From an uncultured delta proteobacterium (GTDB lineage Bacteria > Myxococcota_A > UBA9160 > UBA4427), in assembly GCA_963822965.1 (NCBI GenBank), contig CAWGJT010000010.1, positions 192,001 through 256,000 on the forward strand: a stretch of DNA of 64,000 nt, in the 5' to 3' direction. The position numbers and the translations under genes were made by a program. Position 1 is the first letter of the stretch, and every line of letters begins with the position of its first letter. Below, one piece after another: positions 59,634 through 64,000 of the stretch. The notes beneath the pieces are model-generated. The model saw only the letters and a list, made by a program, of their open reading frames with translations, did not search any database and was not told where the DNA came from.

Positions 59634-60809
59634 GTGCCGAGCCGGGAAGTCTTCATCGTCGAAGCCGTTCGCAGTCCCCTGGGACGCCGGGGAGGAGGGC
59701 TCTCGAGTCTGCATCCCACCGACCTGCTCGGAGCCGTCCAGAAGGCGGCGGTCGAGCGCGCCGGGATCGACCCGGCGGCCATCGACCAGGTGATCGGCGG
59801 CTGCGTCTCGCAGGTGGGCGAGCAGTCGTTCAACATCTCCCGCAACGCCTGGCTCGCGGCCGGGCTGCCCCTGGAGGTGCCGTCCACCACGGTGGACAGC
59901 CAGTGCGGGTCGAGCCAGCAGGCGAGCACCCTGGCGGCCGGGCTCGTGGGCTCGGGGCTCGAGGACGTGGTCCTGAGCTGCGGCATCGAGATGATGAGCC
60001 GGATCCCCCTCGGTGCGAACTTCCAGCACCACGGGCGGCCGATCGCCAAGAGCTACTTCGAACGCTACGCGTTCAAGAGCCAGTTCGAGGGCGCCGAGCT
60101 CATCGCGAAGGAGTTCGGCATCCAGCGGGAGGACACCGACCGCTTCGGGCTGCGGAGCCAGGAGCTGGCGGGCAAGGCCTGGGCCGATGGGCGCTTCGAG
60201 CGCGAGGTGGTGCCCGTAGCGGCCCCCGTGCTCGACGACGAGGGCAAGCCCACGGAGGAGACGATCACCGTCTCCCGGGACGAGGGCCTGCGCGAGACGA
60301 GCCTGGAGAAGCTCGCCACCCTGAAGCCGGTGGTCGAGGGCGGCATCCATACGGCGGGGACCGCCTCGCAGATCACCGACGGCGCGTCGGCGGTGCTGCT
60401 CGCGTCCGAGGCCGCCGTCGAGCGCCTCGGCCTCAAGCCCCGGGCCCGCATCGTCTACACCACCATCGTGGGCGTCGATCCGGTGACCATGCTGAAGGGG
60501 CCGATCCCGGCCACCGAGAAGCTGCTGGCCCGGACGGGGCTCCGGGTCGAGGACATGGCGGTCTACGAGGTGAACGAGGCGTTCGCGAGCGTCGTGCTCG
60601 CCTGGCAGCAGGCCGTCGGCGCCGTGCCCGAACGAGTGAACCCCAACGGCGGCGCCATCGCCCTGGGGCACCCGACGGGCGCCACCGGCGATCGGCTCCT
60701 GACGACGGCGCTGCACGAGCTCGAGCGGACGAACGAGCGCTATGCGCTCATCTCCATGTGCTGCGGCGGCGGCCTGGGAACCGGGACGATCATCGAGCGA
60801 CTCGGCTGA
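59634..60809 (+). CDS. Acetyl-CoA C-acyltransferase (thiolase)
   Basis: QCGSS, NEAFA, NPNGGAIALGHP, MCCGGGLG; AAGGAG RBS. Confidence 0.96.
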   Translation: MPSREVFIVEAVRSPLGRRGGGLSSLHPTDLLGAVQKAAVERAGIDPAAIDQVIGGCVSQVGEQSFNISRNAWLAAGLPLEVPSTTVDSQCGSSQQASTLAAGLVGSGLEDVVLSCGIEMMSRIPLGANFQHHGRPIAKSYFERYAFKSQFEGAELIAKEFGIQREDTDRFGLRSQELAGKAWADGRFEREVVPVAAPVLDDEGKPTEETITVSRDEGLRETSLEKLATLKPVVEGGIHTAGTASQITDGASAVLLASEAAVERLGLKPRARIVYTTIVGVDPVTMLKGPIPATEKLLARTGLRVEDMAVYEVNEAFASVVLAWQQAVGAVPERVNPNGGAIALGHPTGATGDRLLTTALHELERTNERYALISMCCGGGLGTGTIIERLG

Positions 60810-60858
60810 AGCCGGTCGCCCGACTCGGCCGAAGCCGGTCGCCCGACTCGGCCGAAGC
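60798..60858 (+). repeat. 23-bp tandem repeat x2.6 spanning the thiolase stop codon
   Basis: CGACTCGGCYGAAGCCGGTCGCC at 60798, 60821 and a partial at 60844. Confidence 0.88.
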
Positions 60859-60860
60859 AG

Positions 60861-61592
60861 CTACTCCACCCGGATCTCGGCCTTCACGATCTCGAGGGGA
60901 TCGCGGAGGTGCGGCGACCCCGGCGTTCGCCAGGCTTCGAGCTGCTTCACCGTGTCCATGCCGTCGACGACCTCGCCGTAGATCGTGTGGCGGCCGTCGA
61001 GGTGGGGCGTGGGCACGAAGGTGATGAAGAACTGGCTGCCGTCCGTGCCGGGGCCTGCGTTCGCCATGCTGAGCAGTCCCGGTCGGTCGTGCCGCACGTT
61101 GGGGTCGAACTCGCCGTCGAAGCGGTAGCCGGGGTTGCCGCGGCCGTTGCCCAGCGGATCGCCGCCCTGGGCCATGAAGTCCGGAATCACCCGGTGAAAG
61201 GTCAGGCCGTCGTAGAAGCCGAGCCGGGTGAGATAGATCGCGCTGGAGACGTGCATGGGCGCGACGTCCGGCATGAAGCGGATGGCGATCTTTCCCACGT
61301 TCGTGTCGAGGTCCCAGTAGTAGGTCTTGCCGCCGCTGAAGTCGAGCTGCGGGGGCTTGGGCAGCTGGGTCCGCCACCCCGGCTTCGACTTGTCGATGTT
61401 CTGCTCGGCGATGAATGCGTCGATCGCTTGGATGGGACTCACTGCGGAATCGGCCTCCTCGGTCTGGGCTTCCTGGGATGCTTCGGTCGCCGGAGCCGCC
61501 TCCTTCGACTTCTCACAGCCCGTCGCGAATGCGAGGAGGGGGAGTGCGAAGAGCAGGACGACTCCACGGGGAAGTTGCAGGGCACGCGCCAT
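60861..61592 (-). CDS. Cyclophilin-type peptidyl-prolyl isomerase, lipoprotein
   Basis: FATGC lipobox; [44 protein letters not shown]. Confidence 0.94.
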   Translation of the reverse strand: MARALQLPRGVVLLFALPLLAFATGCEKSKEAAPATEASQEAQTEEADSAVSPIQAIDAFIAEQNIDKSKPGWRTQLPKPPQLDFSGGKTYYWDLDTNVGKIAIRFMPDVAPMHVSSAIYLTRLGFYDGLTFHRVIPDFMAQGGDPLGNGRGNPGYRFDGEFDPNVRHDRPGLLSMANAGPGTDGSQFFITFVPTPHLDGRHTIYGEVVDGMDTVKQLEAWRTPGSPHLRDPLEIVKAEIRVE

Positions 61593-61696
61593 GGGTCTCG
61601 GCCTCCGTGTCTTCCGGTTCGCTTGCGGTTCTCGTGCGGTTCTCTTGCCGTTCGCGGTTCTTGCCGCTCGCGGCACTCGGAGGGCGCGGAGCCTAG

Positions 61697-61872
61697 CCCG
61701 CATTATTCACGAGCGCCCTACTGCGGCCGCCGATAGCACTGCATTTCCGCGGCCTTCTCCCTTCGGCCATCCTCGCCGGACTGCGAGTACGCCTCCGGTG
61801 TCCTGCGGTCCGAGGGCCGCGGAACTGCAGCACTCTCGACGCCCTCGCGACGGGCTTCATGAATAATGCGGG
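61697..61872. mobile_element. MITE-like element B (176 bp, 13-bp TIR, flanked by CTAG on both sides)
   Basis: CTAG-CCCGCATTATTCA ... TGAATAATGCGGG-CTAG; internal inverted repeat TTCCGCGGCC/GGCCGCGGAA; the right CTAG supplies the UDG stop codon. Confidence 0.8.
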
Positions 61873-62640
61873 CTAGCGCGTGAGGGGGCGATCGTCGCCG
61901 CCGCACAGACCGAGCGCCGTCAGCTGGGCCTCGACCGTGCCGGCCCAGTCGCGATTGGCCTTCGGGTTGGCCGGGGACGGATGCAGCACGTTCCCGATCC
62001 GGACGCCCGTGGCGGCCAGGGCTTCGCGGGCCCGCGTCTCGGCGAAGGCCCCCACGCCGATCAGCCACTCCGGCTCCAGGACGTCGACGAGTCGCGCGAG
62101 GTGGCGATTGCAGATCTCGAAGAGCGCGTCGCGCTCGCGGGCCGCCAGCTTGTCGGGGGTGCGGTTGCGGCCGCTCTCTTCGAGGAAGAGGAGCGGGCAG
62201 TAGTTCGCCACGAAATGGCGGGCGAAGAAGCGGCGGGGGGAGCCGAAGTGTGCCGCGATCGTACCCCAGAGCCGCCGGCCGCTGACCTCGCTGCGCGCGC
62301 ACGCGAAGCCCTGGATCGGTCGACGGGGATGCTCCCGGGCGGGACGGCCCACGGGCGTCTCGATGCCGAGCCAGGTCCTCACGTGCTCGACCTCGCCGAA
62401 GGGTACGCCGGTCTGCGCCATCCCGTAGGGACCGGGGTTCATGCCGAGGAAGACCACCTTCTTGCGGGTGCGGGCGTAGCGGGCGAGATAGCGCTCGTAG
62501 CCCGCGCCGGCATAGAGGAGGGGGTTGTAGACGTGGGTGACCGGTGGGCCGAAGCGCAGGGCGTCCACCTCGTCGCGCAGGCGCCGGGCCTGGCGCACGA
62601 GGCTCTTCACCCGGCGATCGGAAGCGGAGGTCGCGGCCAT
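61873..62640 (-). CDS. SMUG1-type (family 3) uracil-DNA glycosylase
   Basis: VYNPL.YA, FLGMNPGPYGMAQTGVPFG, SEVSGRRLW, NYCPL, HPSPANP. Confidence 0.93.
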   Translation of the reverse strand: MAATSASDRRVKSLVRQARRLRDEVDALRFGPPVTHVYNPLLYAGAGYERYLARYARTRKKVVFLGMNPGPYGMAQTGVPFGEVEHVRTWLGIETPVGRPAREHPRRPIQGFACARSEVSGRRLWGTIAAHFGSPRRFFARHFVANYCPLLFLEESGRNRTPDKLAARERDALFEICNRHLARLVDVLEPEWLIGVGAFAETRAREALAATGVRIGNVLHPSPANPKANRDWAGTVEAQLTALGLCGGDDRPLTR

Positions 62641-62725
62641 CGAGGCACGAGGGTGCCCCGCATCGGGTCGGGAGACAACGCAGCGCAGCCCTCCGCCGGC
62701 CGGCAGCGGGCTATCATGGGCGGCC

Positions 62726-63631
62726 ATGCGCGCGATCGATCCCTGGGTGAACACGAACATGATGGGTGGCGGTGCGCCGCCCCGCTGGCTGCTGCAGGTC
62801 AAGGACGACTACTTCAAGGCGGGTGACGAGTTCCTGAAGGAGCTCTCGGTCGAAGAGCTGCTGGCGTCGATGGACGCCGCGGGCGTCGAGAAGGTCGTCC
62901 TGAGCGTGGACGCGGAGCGGCCCCACGCCGGGGTGCTCGCCTTCCCGGAAGCGGTTCCCGAGCGCTTCTTCCTCGCCGCGAACGTGAATCCCACCAGGCA
63001 CATGAAGTCCGTGCGCGCGCTGGAGGCGTTGGTGGCCAGCCAGCCCGTGGTGATGGCGCGGGTGGTTCCCTTCCTCCACGACCTGCCGCCCAACCATCGC
63101 AGCTACTACCCTCTCTACACCCGCTGCATCGACCTCGATCTGCCCATCTCGATCAACACGGGCATTCCGGGCCCGCCGATGCCCGGCGAGTGCCAGCATC
63201 CGATGCACCTCGACCGCGTCTGTCTCGATCTTCCCGAGCTGCGGATCTGCATGGCCCACGGCGCGGATCCCTGGTGGGCGGAGGCGATCCGGCTGATGAT
63301 CAAGTACCGCAACCTCTCCCTGATGACGTCCGCCTACCTGCCGAAGTACTTCCCGCCCGAGCTCGTGCACTACATGAACACGCGCGGCCAGGACAAGATC
63401 CTCTACGCCTCGGATCATCCGGTGCTCTCGATGGAGCGCTGCATCGACGAGGCGGCGAAACTCGACCTTCGCCCGGGGGTGTTGGAGAAGTTCCTCTACG
63501 AGAACGCCGAACGGCTCTTCTTTGGTCCGCGCGGGCCGACCCGAGACCTGGGATCGCGCGGGCCAGGACGAGACCTGGGTCCGCGCGGGCCAGAACGAGA
63601 CCTGGGTCCGCGCGGGTCGGGAGGCGGGTGA
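62726..63631 (+). CDS. Amidohydrolase-2 family protein
   Basis: YYPLYTRC, NTGIPGP, MAHGADPW, ILYASDHP, FLYENAERL. Confidence 0.9.
   Translation: MRAIDPWVNTNMMGGGAPPRWLLQVKDDYFKAGDEFLKELSVEELLASMDAAGVEKVVLSVDAERPHAGVLAFPEAVPERFFLAANVNPTRHMKSVRALEALVASQPVVMARVVPFLHDLPPNHRSYYPLYTRCIDLDLPISINTGIPGPPMPGECQHPMHLDRVCLDLPELRICMAHGADPWWAEAIRLMIKYRNLSLMTSAYLPKYFPPELVHYMNTRGQDKILYASDHPVLSMERCIDEAAKLDLRPGVLEKFLYENAERLFFGPRGPTRDLGSRGPGRDLGPRGPERDLGPRGSGGG
63524..63616 (+). repeat. Degenerate 27-bp tandem repeat x3.4 encoding a GPRGPxRDL C-terminal tail
   Basis: Units at 63524, 63551, 63578 and a partial at 63605. Confidence 0.85.
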
Positions 63632-64000
63632 GCGGGATGGTTTTCGACCTGGGAGTGGCGTGGATCGTCGCCGGATGTGCGGGGCTCGTTGCGCTCGGGC
63701 TGGGCATCCGGGTGGGCACGGAGGGCGGGCGCACGGCCGGCTTGCGAGCCGAGCTCGAGGAGCTGCGCCGCAGCGACCGCGGGAGCCGCAAGCAGCGCGA
63801 GCAGCGGGACAAGGCCTTCCGCCGGGCCGAAGCCGAGCTCGACCGCGTCGGCCGTAAGCTCGCCCAGGCCGACAAGCGCTCGCTCCAGGCCCGGGACGCC
63901 GCCCGCGCCGAGCGCGAGGCGGCCGCCGAACGCATCCGTTCCCTCGAGGACGAGGCGGCCTCGGCGCTCGCCGAGGCCGGTCGCCTGCGCGGCGAGCTGG
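63628..64000 (+). CDS. Membrane-anchored coiled-coil protein, truncated by window edge
   Basis: Not in the ORF track; GTG 63628 (GTGA overlap, GGAGG RBS); MSGMVFDLGVAWIVAGCAGLVALGLG then an E/R/A-rich helix open to the window end. Confidence 0.72.
   Translation, partial: MSGMVFDLGVAWIVAGCAGLVALGLGIRVGTEGGRTAGLRAELEELRRSDRGSRKQREQRDKAFRRAEAELDRVGRKLAQADKRSLQARDAARAEREAAAERIRSLEDEAASALAEAGRLRGEL

Overview
A 64 kb stretch of very GC-rich, gene-dense bacterial chromosome. PEP-CTERM proteins, lipoproteins and a beta-barrel gene indicate a diderm, plausibly Myxococcota/deltaproteobacteria-like (inference). About 60 CDSs are supported; no rRNA, tRNA, CRISPR array or transposase was seen. (1) 1-13 kb is a photo-oxidative-stress island centred on a CarH/LitR-type B12 photoreceptor-repressor, with two matching palindromic operator-like boxes (GTCAAGA-N5-TCTTGAC). 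Its leftward operon encodes furan/cyclopropane fatty-acid-type genes (two cfa-like methylases, FAD oxidoreductase, DUF1365, SRPBCC, DCC oxidoreductase). Its rightward operon encodes a YbjT-like SDR, CPD photolyase, DUF523/DUF1722, a chalcone-isomerase-like protein and a gene missed by the ORF track: a probable selenoprotein (peroxiredoxin-like UxxC domain, in-frame TGA at 7842 followed by a SECIS-like hairpin) fused to a DHRS12-like SDR. (2) The rest includes glutamine synthetase III with a sigma54 promoter, zwf-pgl-gnd, a GCS2 ligase/M14 peptidase pair, a PAS-PAS/MBL/PhyH operon, MFS transporters, cardiolipin synthase, DUF3604, NHEJ (ligD, ku, HTH-TPR), a LolCDE-like ABC system, a TPP enzyme plus CoA transferase, thiolase, cyclophilin, a SMUG1-type UDG and an amidohydrolase. 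(3) Two MITE-like elements with unrelated terminal inverted repeats share a central 25-bp core. (4) Short tandem repeats recur at gene ends, and single-base frameshifts cluster between 28 and 48 kb (probably assembly errors).
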